DNA from: Acidimicrobiia bacterium
GTDB lineage: Bacteria > Actinomycetota > Acidimicrobiia > Spongiisociales > UBA11373
NCBI GenBank assembly: GCA_046714175.1
Contig: JBKKBI010000084.1
Location: 26,284 to 90,283 of the forward strand
Length of the DNA stretch: 64,000 nt
Direction: 5' to 3'
Shown here: positions 1 to 8,724 of the stretch, in pieces
Layout of the letters: each line of letters opens with the position of its first letter
Position numbering within the stretch: position 1 is the first letter of the stretch
Program-made: the position numbers and the translations under genes
Notes under the pieces: model-generated
The model's input: the letters and a program-made list of their open reading frames with translations, nothing else
Databases searched by the model: none
What the model was told of the DNA's origin: nothing

Positions 1-246
1 GGCATGAAGGTGATCCGTGGCAGCGTCGTCACCGAGATCGCGCCGCAGGTGATTTCGACCAAGGATCTGTTCGACACCGAGCTGGTGGTCCGCGCCGAGC
101 GCGCCGGCCACCGTATCCGGGAGATCCCCGCGTTCGTCGAGGAGCTGCGCCCGGCCAAGTCCAGCCTCATCAAGCGGGTACCCCGCACCATCAGGGGCCT
201 GTGGCGGATCCGACGCACCCTGCGCCGCGAAGCGCACCGGCCCTAG
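1..246 (+). CDS. Glycosyltransferase family 2 (polyprenol-phosphate sugar synthase-like), C-terminal fragment; 5' end lies outside the window
   Basis: The ORF is in frame from the window edge. Its C-terminal motif ELVVRAERAGHRIREIPAFVEELRPAKSSL is typical of GT2 Dpm1/Ppm1-like enzymes. It has high GC3 coding bias and converges by 4 nt on the next minus-strand gene. Confidence 0.6.
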   Translation, partial: GMKVIRGSVVTEIAPQVISTKDLFDTELVVRAERAGHRIREIPAFVEELRPAKSSLIKRVPRTIRGLWRIRRTLRREAHRP

Positions 247-2417
247 AGGGTGGTTGCGTTCGATTCGAGAACCGCGTCGTTGCGCCCGCGACGGCGCAGC
301 ACGGCGCGAGTCCCGAGACCGAGCAGGGCCCCGAGAGTGAGCAAGTTGCCCACGATCTCGGCACGCGTATTGGAGAACGTGATCTCGACGTGTTCGGCGG
401 TGGGGACGACGACCATCAGCGATGGGGTCGCCCGGTACGGCCCCTCGGCTCCCTCCGCGCGCCAGTTGGGGAAGTAGGACACCTTTACCAGGTGGGGTAC
501 TCCCACCGCGGTGGTATCGAACGCGATCCGGTCGTGCTCGAGGACGACGTTGGAGACTGCTCCGGCGGTGTCGATGATCCGGCGGGTGCCGCTGGAGGCG
601 TCCTGGATACGGAGCCACTCCTCGGGTCCGGTCTCCACCATCCAGCGATCCAACAGATCGATGTCGTCGTACCAGGCGAGCGCCGCATCGAAAAAGGAAC
701 CGGCGCCATCCCAGACGACCGGCTCGAACCGGGCCACATCGACGAGGTTCGACTCGGGCAGGGCGAACACGGTGAACGGGGCTGGTTCGGCGAGAACCTC
801 CAGACCATATTCCTCTGCCGCGGCCTTGGCCGGATCGGTGAGCGCCACGTAGTAGGCGACATCGAAGAGCGAGAGGTGGGCCACGCCGCGCGCAAAGTCC
901 ATCTGGTGATAGTCGAGCCCGGACACCGGATTCGAGGGGCGGTCACTCACCTCGGCCGCATTCAGGAAGTGGAACGGGGTGCTGAGGGCCGACTCGAAGA
1001 ACAGGCCCTCCATCGACGGGTGCCCTTCCGACCAGTACGGAGTGAGCATGAGGACCATCGGCGTTCCATACCGATTCAGGTCGCTGTTGGCCTCCCACAT
1101 CACGCGTCCCGGCGGCAACTGGTCGATCGCAGCCAGCAGCCCGGAGAGTTCGCCCCAATGGTCGGCCTGCAATACCGGGGTGCCGTCAGACGTAAAAGCG
1201 TACGCCTGCTTGCCCTCGTAGCCGGAGTAGTTCCACCGCGCCCACGACGGGGTCTTGTTCACCCCGCTGATGCCGAGGATCAGCATCGCCACCGCGGCGA
1301 CAGTGGCCAATGCCCAGCGAGGCGATTCGCCCCCGCGGAGACGCCTGGCCAGGGTCTGGACGGCGGCTCCGACACCGACCCCGGCGAGGAAATACACCGC
1401 GAAGTACCAGTAAGGCAGGAGTCGGGCGTTGTACAGCTTGCGGAAGTCGATGAACTGGATCAGGTAGTACCCGGCGACCGGTAACACCATCAGCCCCACG
1501 ATCGGCCCCACGATCATGCGCCGGTACACCGCCCAGGCGAGCCCGGCCGCGGCGGGGACGAGGAGTGGCCACAGTTCCCGCTGCAACACGTTGTTCCACC
1601 CCTCCACCGGGAACCACCCCATGTCTGTGGTGTACGGCAGGTGGTCCAGAAGCGGGAGGGCCCAGAACCCGGCGAGCGCCAGTCCCAGTCCCCAGGAAGC
1701 GAAGAGAGTGGCCGGGCCGCGGCGGCGCAACAACAACGGCAGCGACGCCACCACGACGATCGTCGTCGTGATGATGTGGCTGAGCGCAGTGAGCGCCAAT
1801 GCCACGCCTGCGGCCGGGCTGAACTTTCGGCCTTCGCGCACATCTCGGATGACGAATCCCAGATAAACCATCGACAGTGCGAACGACCACGAGAACGAGA
1901 ACTCACCGGCGAGTGTGGACAACGTGTTGCCGCCGAAGATGGTGAAGCTCTCCATGTAGATGAAGGTGCCGCCAGCGACACCGGCCACGAGTGCCACAGG
2001 CCGAGCCATCCCCATTGCGCGAGCGAGGAAGTACGCGGCGAACGGCAGACCCACCAGACCCGCCACCGTCACCAGCTTGAACGCCACCCCGTATGGAAGG
2101 ACGAGGTCGAGCAGTACCGTCGTCAGCGCGGGCAGAGGGAAGTAGAAGTACAGGACGGGGAATCCGGCGTACCAGTCGTTGCTCCAGCCCAGGATGCGCC
2201 CGTCGCTGAGGAGGCTGTCGCGGAGAAAGGCCGGCAAGAAGACGTGAGCTCCCATGTCCCCGCCCGTGGGAGTGTTGGCCGTGAGGATGAGATCGGGGCG
2301 CAGTAGCCCGAAAGCGGTGGCGCCCGCCAGCGCCAGGACCGTCGGGACCGCCCAACGCCACCATTGCGGACGCGTTGGCGGGTCAGGGGCGACGACGATG
2401 GCAGGGACGGCGGTCAC
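243..2417 (-). CDS. Large polytopic membrane protein (724 aa), putative GT-C-like glycosyltransferase / membrane protein of unknown function
   Basis: A long ORF with strong codon bias. It has about 12 predicted hydrophobic helices followed by a ~250-aa soluble C-terminal domain. No family motif was confidently recognised. Confidence 0.6.
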   Translation of the reverse strand: MTAVPAIVVAPDPPTRPQWWRWAVPTVLALAGATAFGLLRPDLILTANTPTGGDMGAHVFLPAFLRDSLLSDGRILGWSNDWYAGFPVLYFYFPLPALTTVLLDLVLPYGVAFKLVTVAGLVGLPFAAYFLARAMGMARPVALVAGVAGGTFIYMESFTIFGGNTLSTLAGEFSFSWSFALSMVYLGFVIRDVREGRKFSPAAGVALALTALSHIITTTIVVVASLPLLLRRRGPATLFASWGLGLALAGFWALPLLDHLPYTTDMGWFPVEGWNNVLQRELWPLLVPAAAGLAWAVYRRMIVGPIVGLMVLPVAGYYLIQFIDFRKLYNARLLPYWYFAVYFLAGVGVGAAVQTLARRLRGGESPRWALATVAAVAMLILGISGVNKTPSWARWNYSGYEGKQAYAFTSDGTPVLQADHWGELSGLLAAIDQLPPGRVMWEANSDLNRYGTPMVLMLTPYWSEGHPSMEGLFFESALSTPFHFLNAAEVSDRPSNPVSGLDYHQMDFARGVAHLSLFDVAYYVALTDPAKAAAEEYGLEVLAEPAPFTVFALPESNLVDVARFEPVVWDGAGSFFDAALAWYDDIDLLDRWMVETGPEEWLRIQDASSGTRRIIDTAGAVSNVVLEHDRIAFDTTAVGVPHLVKVSYFPNWRAEGAEGPYRATPSLMVVVPTAEHVEITFSNTRAEIVGNLLTLGALLGLGTRAVLRRRGRNDAVLESNATTL

Positions 2418-2454
2418 GAACCGGGAGAGTACCGGTGCGGTAGCCGGAAACAGC

Positions 2455-2694
2455 TCAACGCTTGCGGGCCTTCTCCAGCACTGCGTTGAGGTCGATCACG
2501 CCGCTTCCCGACTCCCACCACCGGTGCTCGCAACGGTGGCACGAGTTGAAGGTGACATCGCTCTCGTCGGGGAGGGTGATCTCAATCTGAATAGCGTCCT
2601 GGGCGCCACAGCTGGCGCAAGCGACCGTCACGGTGTCGCGGCTGCGGCGTCCCATCCCGTCCTCCTCGTCATCCGGCGGAGGCGTTGCCCCCAT
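2455..2694 (-). CDS. Small zinc-ribbon protein (79 aa), hypothetical
   Basis: Contains CASCG...(23 aa)...CHRCEH, i.e. four Cys in a C-X2-C...C-X2-C arrangement, with acidic flanks. It overlaps the next gene by 26 nt. It is not a WhiB (no GVWGG motif, wrong Cys spacing). Confidence 0.5.
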   Translation of the reverse strand: MGATPPPDDEEDGMGRRSRDTVTVACASCGAQDAIQIEITLPDESDVTFNSCHRCEHRWWESGSGVIDLNAVLEKARKR

Positions 2695-2959
2695 CCGCGG
2701 CCTCCAATTTACCTACATACCGGGACCTGCGGCGTCCATCTTCTCGCCAATAGGCGTACCAATAAGGCCCGTGCGGACAGCGGGTGCACGACTCCTTGCC
2801 GCACTTCACCCACTGCTGCCGCAGCGACACCGTCGGCGTCCCCCTCTCGAAGCGAACCCCTTGAGACTCCAGCCGGGCCCGAGCCAAGATCAGCACGCGG
2901 CGCAACTGGTGTTCGTCCATTTCCCGGACCGCGTCGAGCACCTCGCGGTCGATCGCCAT
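2669..2959 (-). CDS. Hypothetical small protein (96 aa) with Cys cluster (CGKESCTRCPHGPYWYAYW)
   Basis: The ORF has coding bias and forms a tandem of three small genes on the minus strand upstream of DUF3499. Confidence 0.45.
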   Translation of the reverse strand: MAIDREVLDAVREMDEHQLRRVLILARARLESQGVRFERGTPTVSLRQQWVKCGKESCTRCPHGPYWYAYWREDGRRRSRYVGKLEAADGGNASAG

Positions 2960-2966
2960 CGCCGCC

Positions 2967-3194
2967 TCAGGCGACTTCGAGCGAGACGAACAAGGGACGC
3001 ACCGTGCGCCGGCGGTCGACGAGAGTCCAACCCACCGGCGGGGTCATGCGGCCGGCATGGGACTCGCACATGGCATAACCCCGGCCCGGAATCACCGGTT
3101 CAGTGATGTCGTCCAGCCACAGGGTCTTCCCTGGATAGTGGAACGCCATCACGATCCCCGCCGGAGCGCCACAACGAACACAACTTTCGGTCAT
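2967..3194 (-). CDS. DUF3499 family protein (conserved actinobacterial, Rv3258c-like)
   Basis: The N-terminus MTESCVRCGAPAGIVMAFHY and a length of ~75 aa match the DUF3499 family found in the actinobacterial manB/whiB2/fbiA neighbourhood. Confidence 0.7.
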   Translation of the reverse strand: MTESCVRCGAPAGIVMAFHYPGKTLWLDDITEPVIPGRGYAMCESHAGRMTPPVGWTLVDRRRTVRPLFVSLEVA

Positions 3195-3243
3195 GGCGGC
3201 AGAATAACAACACTGCTGTAATTTGCTGCCGATCTGGCGGAGG

Positions 3244-3296
3244 ACGGAGACCGGAAGCCGGAGACCGGAAACCGGAAGCCGGAGACCGGAGACCGC
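3244..3296. repeat. Phased heptanucleotide tandem array of (A/G)CCGGA(G/A) units, ~7.5 copies. It lies immediately 3' of the stop of the minus-strand thioredoxin-like gene and upstream of DUF3499.
   Basis: Read directly: acggaga ccggaag ccggaga ccggaaa ccggaag ccggaga ccggaga ccg. It is flanked at 3195-3240 by an AT-rich stretch (aataacaacactgctgtaatttg) bracketed by GGCAG...CTGCC. Confidence 0.85.
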
Positions 3297-3313
3297 CGCT
3301 GCCCGCTGGCAGC

Positions 3314-3682
3314 TCAGAGGCGCGTCAGCAGGCGGTTGAGGGCGCGGCGGGTGAGCCTGCCGGCGATGCGTCCCACTTCGTTGCCGGATGAGTCACGCGC
3401 TACCAGCAGCGGCACCCCGCGCACGCCCGTGGCCTGAAACCGGACCGGCTCGCGGTCGAACGCCACCTCGACGAAGTGCGCTCCGGACGCTTGTAGCGCC
3501 GCGCGCACCTGACCGCACCGTTCGCAACCAGAGTCCGAGAACAGGACCAAACCGACCGGGAGTCCTGACAGCTCGAGGGGGCCGGCTGCAGTGCGGCGCC
3601 GCTCGGCGCCGCGCGCCCATGCGGCTACCAGCAATGCCAACGCCGCCGCCCCTACCGCGAGCCAGATGCGGGGCTCACTCAT
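3314..3682 (-). CDS. Membrane-anchored thioredoxin/glutaredoxin-like protein
   Basis: An internal ATG (MSEPRIWLAVGAAALALLVAAWA) gives a signal anchor followed by a ...FSDSGCERCGQV... CxxC motif. The start overlaps the upstream stop (ATGAGTGA). Confidence 0.6.
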   Translation of the reverse strand: MSEPRIWLAVGAAALALLVAAWARGAERRRTAAGPLELSGLPVGLVLFSDSGCERCGQVRAALQASGAHFVEVAFDREPVRFQATGVRGVPLLVARDSSGNEVGRIAGRLTRRALNRLLTRL

Positions 3683-5039
3683 CGTCGGGGAGCGCCACCC
3701 CTGAAGAAATACCGATGCCGGATGGTCCCTGAATCGTCCAACCCGCCGAGAACGGGGCAGGTGCGGTGACCAGGTACCCGAGCGCATCCGCCTCGGTGAC
3801 CGGGAGCAGAAGCAGTCGCCCCGGGTCGATGGTGTGTCGGGAGTTGAACACCGCAGACTCGGTCAAGACCCCAACGGTGACGGAAATCGGTTCGTCGGTG
3901 GTGTTCAGCAGCCACAGGGTTCCGACGTCCTCGCCCCGGGTGCGCAGCCCGGGCAGGAGCCAGGCACGGGCCGCGGTGGGGATCCCGGCGGTCACGCCGG
4001 TGCCGGCGGCCCCGATCCCGGTGACTGCCACGGCCACCGGGGCGGTGGCGGAGACCCGCGCCGCGAGCACCTCCGGGTCCATGTCGCCGAGGGGCACCCG
4101 CAGCGGCGACTGCGCCGGAACCACGAAGCTGAACGCCGCGGGCATGGAGGTTTCCTGACCGTAAAGGTCGATGGTCACCTCCACGTCGGAGAGGCTGGGA
4201 TTGGCGATGACGATCGCGGCGTCGATGCCTGCGGCCTGCGCAATGGGGAGTTCCCAGGTGGCCGAGAGCCCGGTGCCGCTCCACCATGCTTCGTCGGTGC
4301 CGACCCGGAAGGTCATCACCGGCACCACCAGCCCTTCCTCCACCCGCACCGACAGCACCAGGCTCTGCCGCTGGCGCAGCAGCTCCTCGAAAGGAATGTC
4401 ACGCCACGAGCGGGGGTTGACCGACACCGAGCGTAGGTTCCCCAGTGCCTCGACCCCGATCTCGGAGAATCCGGACACCGTCACCTTGGCAACTTCGGGG
4501 AAAGGGTTGAAGAGCCGAAGGCTGAGCAACTCGTCGGTGTTGGTCGAACCGCCCACGAGGAACCACTCCTCCGGCCCCTGGGACACGCATTGATCTGTGG
4601 CGATCACATCTCCCGTGACCGTGACCGCGGTCGCCGAGGGTCCGCCATCGAACTCGACGAAGAACGGCGAGTCCCCGCGCTGGGCGATTTCGGAGAGGAT
4701 CACCCCCGATGCTCCCGGACCCAGGGTGGCGGTGGCCGCGGTGTCGGGTGGCTCTCCGGGAGTCGCCACCGGGAAGGTGAACTCGGCGGCCGCGGGCGAG
4801 ACCGTTGCCACCGCGAGGAAGGAATCGCGTTCCGCATTCGCCTGCGCCCAGGCGCAATACCAAATGCTCGCCCCGACCGGTGATTCGATACCGGGCCGGT
4901 CGATGACGATCCCGGCCAGAGGCTCGGGCACGGGATCGGGGGCGGGAAGCAGGCCGGCACCGATCGCGGCGACTGCCAGCACGGCGATGGCGAGATGGCG
5001 CCTCACGAACGCGACCTCCTCGGGCGTGCCACCAGGCAC
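3675..5039 (-). CDS. DUF5719 family protein (secreted/membrane-anchored), conserved partner of the GT2-membrane glycosyltransferase
   Basis: A 454-aa protein with an N-terminal anchor, sitting downstream of and overlapping the large GT2 fusion gene, as in the Rv3256c neighbourhood. The exact start is uncertain; alternative GTG codons lie within 30 nt. Confidence 0.65.
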   Translation of the reverse strand: MPGGTPEEVAFVRRHLAIAVLAVAAIGAGLLPAPDPVPEPLAGIVIDRPGIESPVGASIWYCAWAQANAERDSFLAVATVSPAAAEFTFPVATPGEPPDTAATATLGPGASGVILSEIAQRGDSPFFVEFDGGPSATAVTVTGDVIATDQCVSQGPEEWFLVGGSTNTDELLSLRLFNPFPEVAKVTVSGFSEIGVEALGNLRSVSVNPRSWRDIPFEELLRQRQSLVLSVRVEEGLVVPVMTFRVGTDEAWWSGTGLSATWELPIAQAAGIDAAIVIANPSLSDVEVTIDLYGQETSMPAAFSFVVPAQSPLRVPLGDMDPEVLAARVSATAPVAVAVTGIGAAGTGVTAGIPTAARAWLLPGLRTRGEDVGTLWLLNTTDEPISVTVGVLTESAVFNSRHTIDPGRLLLLPVTEADALGYLVTAPAPFSAGWTIQGPSGIGISSGVALPDDE

Positions 5040-7786
5040 ACCGCGCCCAAGAACGCCGCCCAGGCACCGGCGGCCAGCGCCTGCATCCGCCTTCCCGGGT
5101 GGCCGCTGAAGCCGACTGTGTCACCGGCGCCGGCGATCCGGTTCGCCCACCCCGCCTGCTCCCAGGTGCCCGGACCCCAGCGATAGTCGGCGTTGACCGC
5201 CACCGTCACTGCGCCCGCGGCGCCGTCGGGGGCGGCGAAAGAGGTGCCGTCTCCGGCCCAGAGCCGTCCGTCGGGCGACATGGCGACGCCACTGGCGATC
5301 TCGTTGCGGAAGACGGGAAAGTCGAGGGAGCGGAGCGGGACCAGATCGAGTTGCGACTCAAAGACCAACTCCAGAGGGCTCGGCTCGACGAAGACCACCC
5401 ACGCGATCCCGAACTCGGCCAGACCCGCCCCGGCCCGGCGCACCTCGCCGTCGACGATCGCCCGCAGCAGAGATTCGAGCGACTCATCACCCAGCCGGGG
5501 ATCGTTGAGGTCCGCCTCCCACGACGACGGATACGGGGGAACGATCACCCGATAGCCCAGCCCGTCCAGAGTCCGCGCCTCCCCGGGCAACCGATCCACC
5601 GGTCCGAAGAGCAAGATCCGGCCCGGGGTGTCGGTGGCGGCCGCAAAGCGGAACGAGTCGCTGAAGGCGTCGGCGGGGAGACCGGCCCGCCCGGGGGCCG
5701 CCACGATCGTTGTCGCTCCCACGAGCACTACTGCAGCGACGAAGGCCGCGCGAGCACCCACACCGGCCATACCGCCCCACACCCGGCGACGCACCCCGAC
5801 CTCGAGGGCGGCACCGGCCACCACCGCCACCCCGAGCGCCACCGCGCTCAGCCCCATGACCCCTAAGGGTGCCCCGGCTCCCAGCCCGCCGGAACGGGCG
5901 GCCACGGTGCCTGTCACCGCCAGCGCCCCCCCAAATGTCGCCAGCGCGCTCAAGGTGGCATCTCCGGTGGCGCGGATTCCCACCACCGCCACGACGATCG
6001 CACCCAGCACGATCCAGCCGGGGCTCCAATAGGGCGCCGACCCCGCCGTGAGGTAGCCGATCGGGTCGGTGAACAGAATCCACGGAATGAGCATCACTGC
6101 CGCCCCCGCCGTGGCGATCCAGGCTCGCACCACACCGGGCCAGCGGGGTCCGACTCCCACCGCCGCCCACGTCGTCGCCGCCACCGCCGTGAGCGGGAGG
6201 GTCGCGGGGAAGAACATGGCTCCGATCCCGGCGAAAAGAGTCGCCCCCGCCAGCGATCGCACCGCACCCCCCCGGGCCTGCAGCGCCAGAGCCACCGCCC
6301 ACGGGACCGCGGCGATCGCGGGGAGGGCGGCCCAGTGGGTATCGCCGGCCACCGCGGCCACGGCCGGGCCGGCCATCAGCACCAGTCCCGCGAGCAGTCC
6401 CGAAGTGTTCGCCACCCCCCAGGTTCGCAGCAGCCGGCTCATCCCGAAGGCGCCGCCGGCCAAGGCACCGACTGTGATGAGAGCCACCGCCACCCCGCCC
6501 CGGCCCAGCGTCAGCACCTGCACCAGCGCCGTGGCCGCCACCGATGGTGCCAGCACCTCCGGCGATCCCAGCCCCGCGGGGTTCCAGCCACCCGCATAGG
6601 CCCGCAGCGCGGCCAGCGCGGACTCCGGTGGCGGCAGGCTGAATCCGACCACCGGCAGCCTCTCCGACCAGATCTCGCGGGCCGCGACCAATGAGAACAC
6701 GATTACGACGAACCCGACGAAGAACCCGGGATTGCGGATCCGCTGTTGGCCGGCCTCCACGGCGTCGGCGAAACCGGAGAGCACTCCTTCGGGGAAGCGG
6801 GCGCGCACCCGCGTCGCCACCTCGTCCCACAGCGCCCGTACCCGGGTCGCTCCGCTCACCTGGTAGCGGAACAGCTCCTCATCCCCCACTGCCCGCCCGC
6901 GGCGAGCTTGGAATCGCGCCTTGATCGCCGAAGGAAGATGAAACAGATTCCAGAAGCCGGCGGCGAGCACTCCGGGCAGGGCGAACCGGCCGACGAAGAT
7001 CCCGATCACGCTCTCGACGAGCCCGACCAAGAAAGCGATCGGCAATACCCACAGCAGTGTCAGCGGCGAGTACGCCTTGATCATCGCTCTGGTCTCTCCG
7101 GCCCGCTCCCTCCATCGCGGCGCTGGGTCGGAGCCCTGGTAGCGCACCACGCTGGACGGGATCACCACGATCCGGCCGCCGCGCAGACGGGCTCGTTGGC
7201 AGAAGTCGACCGCCGCCGAGGTCGGTGGCATGATCGGATCGACCCCACCCAAGCCGCGGAACAGGTCGCGCCGGATCAACATTGACGTGTCGGCGACCGC
7301 GGCGACATCACGGATCACGTCGTACTGCGACTGATCCAATTCGCCCGCCTGGAGCCCGCTATAGGGTGCATCGAACACGTCGGTGGCGTAGCCGACCGAC
7401 ACCAGAACTTCGGGATCCCCGGCATCCACCACCTTCGAGCCGGCCACCGAGGCGTCGACGCGCACACCATCAGTCACGAGCGCCGCGAGAGCTCCGGGAT
7501 CCGGCCGCGCTCGCTGGCGCAATGCCCACACGTAGTCGAACTCGGCGTCGATGGCGTCGTAGACCGCACCGAGGTGGGGGCGCCACATCGCCTCGCGCGC
7601 GGTGGCCACCCGCCGGACCTCCTCATTCCCGCCCACGACGATCACCCGGGCCGGGCCATACACTTGCCGGCCTACTGCGTCGAGGCAGGGAACCAGGAGG
7701 TCGGCGTCGTCCGCGCTGATGACCGCCACCACCCGGGGCGCGGCAGGACGGGGGGCTGCGGGTTCGGTGGACATGCGGGCCGCCAT
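5003..7786 (-). CDS. Glycosyltransferase family 2 catalytic domain fused to a large polytopic membrane domain (927 aa)
   Basis: The N-terminus VVAVISADDADLLVPCLDAV...DFCQRARLRGGRIVVIPSSVVRY is a GT2 fold, followed by >15 hydrophobic helices. It sits divergently 17 nt from cofD. Confidence 0.75.
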   Translation of the reverse strand: MAARMSTEPAAPRPAAPRVVAVISADDADLLVPCLDAVGRQVYGPARVIVVGGNEEVRRVATAREAMWRPHLGAVYDAIDAEFDYVWALRQRARPDPGALAALVTDGVRVDASVAGSKVVDAGDPEVLVSVGYATDVFDAPYSGLQAGELDQSQYDVIRDVAAVADTSMLIRRDLFRGLGGVDPIMPPTSAAVDFCQRARLRGGRIVVIPSSVVRYQGSDPAPRWRERAGETRAMIKAYSPLTLLWVLPIAFLVGLVESVIGIFVGRFALPGVLAAGFWNLFHLPSAIKARFQARRGRAVGDEELFRYQVSGATRVRALWDEVATRVRARFPEGVLSGFADAVEAGQQRIRNPGFFVGFVVIVFSLVAAREIWSERLPVVGFSLPPPESALAALRAYAGGWNPAGLGSPEVLAPSVAATALVQVLTLGRGGVAVALITVGALAGGAFGMSRLLRTWGVANTSGLLAGLVLMAGPAVAAVAGDTHWAALPAIAAVPWAVALALQARGGAVRSLAGATLFAGIGAMFFPATLPLTAVAATTWAAVGVGPRWPGVVRAWIATAGAAVMLIPWILFTDPIGYLTAGSAPYWSPGWIVLGAIVVAVVGIRATGDATLSALATFGGALAVTGTVAARSGGLGAGAPLGVMGLSAVALGVAVVAGAALEVGVRRRVWGGMAGVGARAAFVAAVVLVGATTIVAAPGRAGLPADAFSDSFRFAAATDTPGRILLFGPVDRLPGEARTLDGLGYRVIVPPYPSSWEADLNDPRLGDESLESLLRAIVDGEVRRAGAGLAEFGIAWVVFVEPSPLELVFESQLDLVPLRSLDFPVFRNEIASGVAMSPDGRLWAGDGTSFAAPDGAAGAVTVAVNADYRWGPGTWEQAGWANRIAGAGDTVGFSGHPGRRMQALAAGAWAAFLGAVCLVARPRRSRS

Positions 7787-7803
7787 TCTACGGAGGGCAC
7801 TGG

Positions 7804-8724
7804 ATGACGAAGGTGACGGTCCTCGCCGGCGGGGTGGGAGGCGCTCGCGGGGCCCGCGGCTTCGATACCGTCCTCGGCCCGAACGCGCTGACCGTGGTCG
7901 TAAATGTCGGGGACGACGACCGCATCCACGGCGTGCATGTTTCCGCAGATGTGGACACGGTCCTGTACACCCTGGCCGATCGCGAGGGTCCGCAGGGATG
8001 GGGACTCGCCGGAGACACCTTTCATGTCATGGAGCAGCTTGCCGCCGCCGGTGAGGACACCACCTTCCGACTCGGCGACATCGACCTCGCGCTATGCATG
8101 GAGCGCACCCGGGCCCTGGATTCCGGGGAACCACTCTCCGCGATCGTGGCTCGCATCGCCACCGTCCTCGGAATCAGCCGTAGGGTGCTCCCGGTGACCG
8201 ATGACGCCTTGCGCACCCGGATCGAGACCGCCACCGGGGAGTGGCTCGACTTTCAGGAGTACTTCGTGATCCGCGGACACCGCGACCGGGTCGCCGCGGT
8301 CGAATACACCGGCGCGGCACTCACCATTCCCGCCCCCGGGGTGCTCGAGTCGATCGCCGCAGCCGACCTGATCGTGATCGCTCCGTCCAATCCGCCGCTT
8401 TCGGTATGGCCGATCCTCGCCGTGCCCGGAGTGCGGGGTGCGGTGGCGGCGGCTCCCCGGGTGTTGGCCATCAGCCCTCTTTTCGCCGGGGTGGCGCTCA
8501 AGGGTCCGGCGCACACCGTCATGGCTTCGCTCGGGCTCCCCGAAGGGAACGCCGGCGTGCTGGCCGCCTACCGAGGCCTCATCACCGACCTGGTGATCGA
8601 CAATGGCGACCGTGCCGATGCCGCTCTGGGCGGCGACGTGTCGGTGCACGTCACCGACACCCGGATCCATCGCCGCCACGAGTCCGCCCGGCTGGCGGAT
8701 TTCATCCTCGAGTTGGCGGCATGA
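7804..8724 (+). CDS. cofD: 2-phospho-L-lactate transferase CofD/FbiA (coenzyme F420 biosynthesis)
   Basis: MTKVTVLAGGVGGARGARG... is the CofD/LPPG:Fo transferase signature. Its stop overlaps the cofE start (ATGA). Confidence 0.85.
   Translation: MTKVTVLAGGVGGARGARGFDTVLGPNALTVVVNVGDDDRIHGVHVSADVDTVLYTLADREGPQGWGLAGDTFHVMEQLAAAGEDTTFRLGDIDLALCMERTRALDSGEPLSAIVARIATVLGISRRVLPVTDDALRTRIETATGEWLDFQEYFVIRGHRDRVAAVEYTGAALTIPAPGVLESIAAADLIVIAPSNPPLSVWPILAVPGVRGAVAAAPRVLAISPLFAGVALKGPAHTVMASLGLPEGNAGVLAAYRGLITDLVIDNGDRADAALGGDVSVHVTDTRIHRRHESARLADFILELAA

Noticed and set aside
201-1484. A 427-aa plus-strand ORF antisense to the large membrane-protein gene. Similar long Arg/Gly/Pro-rich antisense ORFs occur at 5487-6830, 8568-9842, 12271-13770, 13861-15066, 15122-16828 and 26235-27500.
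   Set aside because: These are typical high-GC frame artefacts. They have low-complexity R/G/P-rich composition and no domain signatures, and they overlap genes that carry clear family motifs and GC3 bias on the other strand or frame.
2455-2694. Candidate WhiB-like regulator at the position where whiB2 is expected
   Set aside because: The Cys spacing C-X2-C-X23-C-X2-C fits a zinc ribbon. The WhiB C-X(14-22)-C-X2-C-X5-C pattern and the GVWGG turn are absent.
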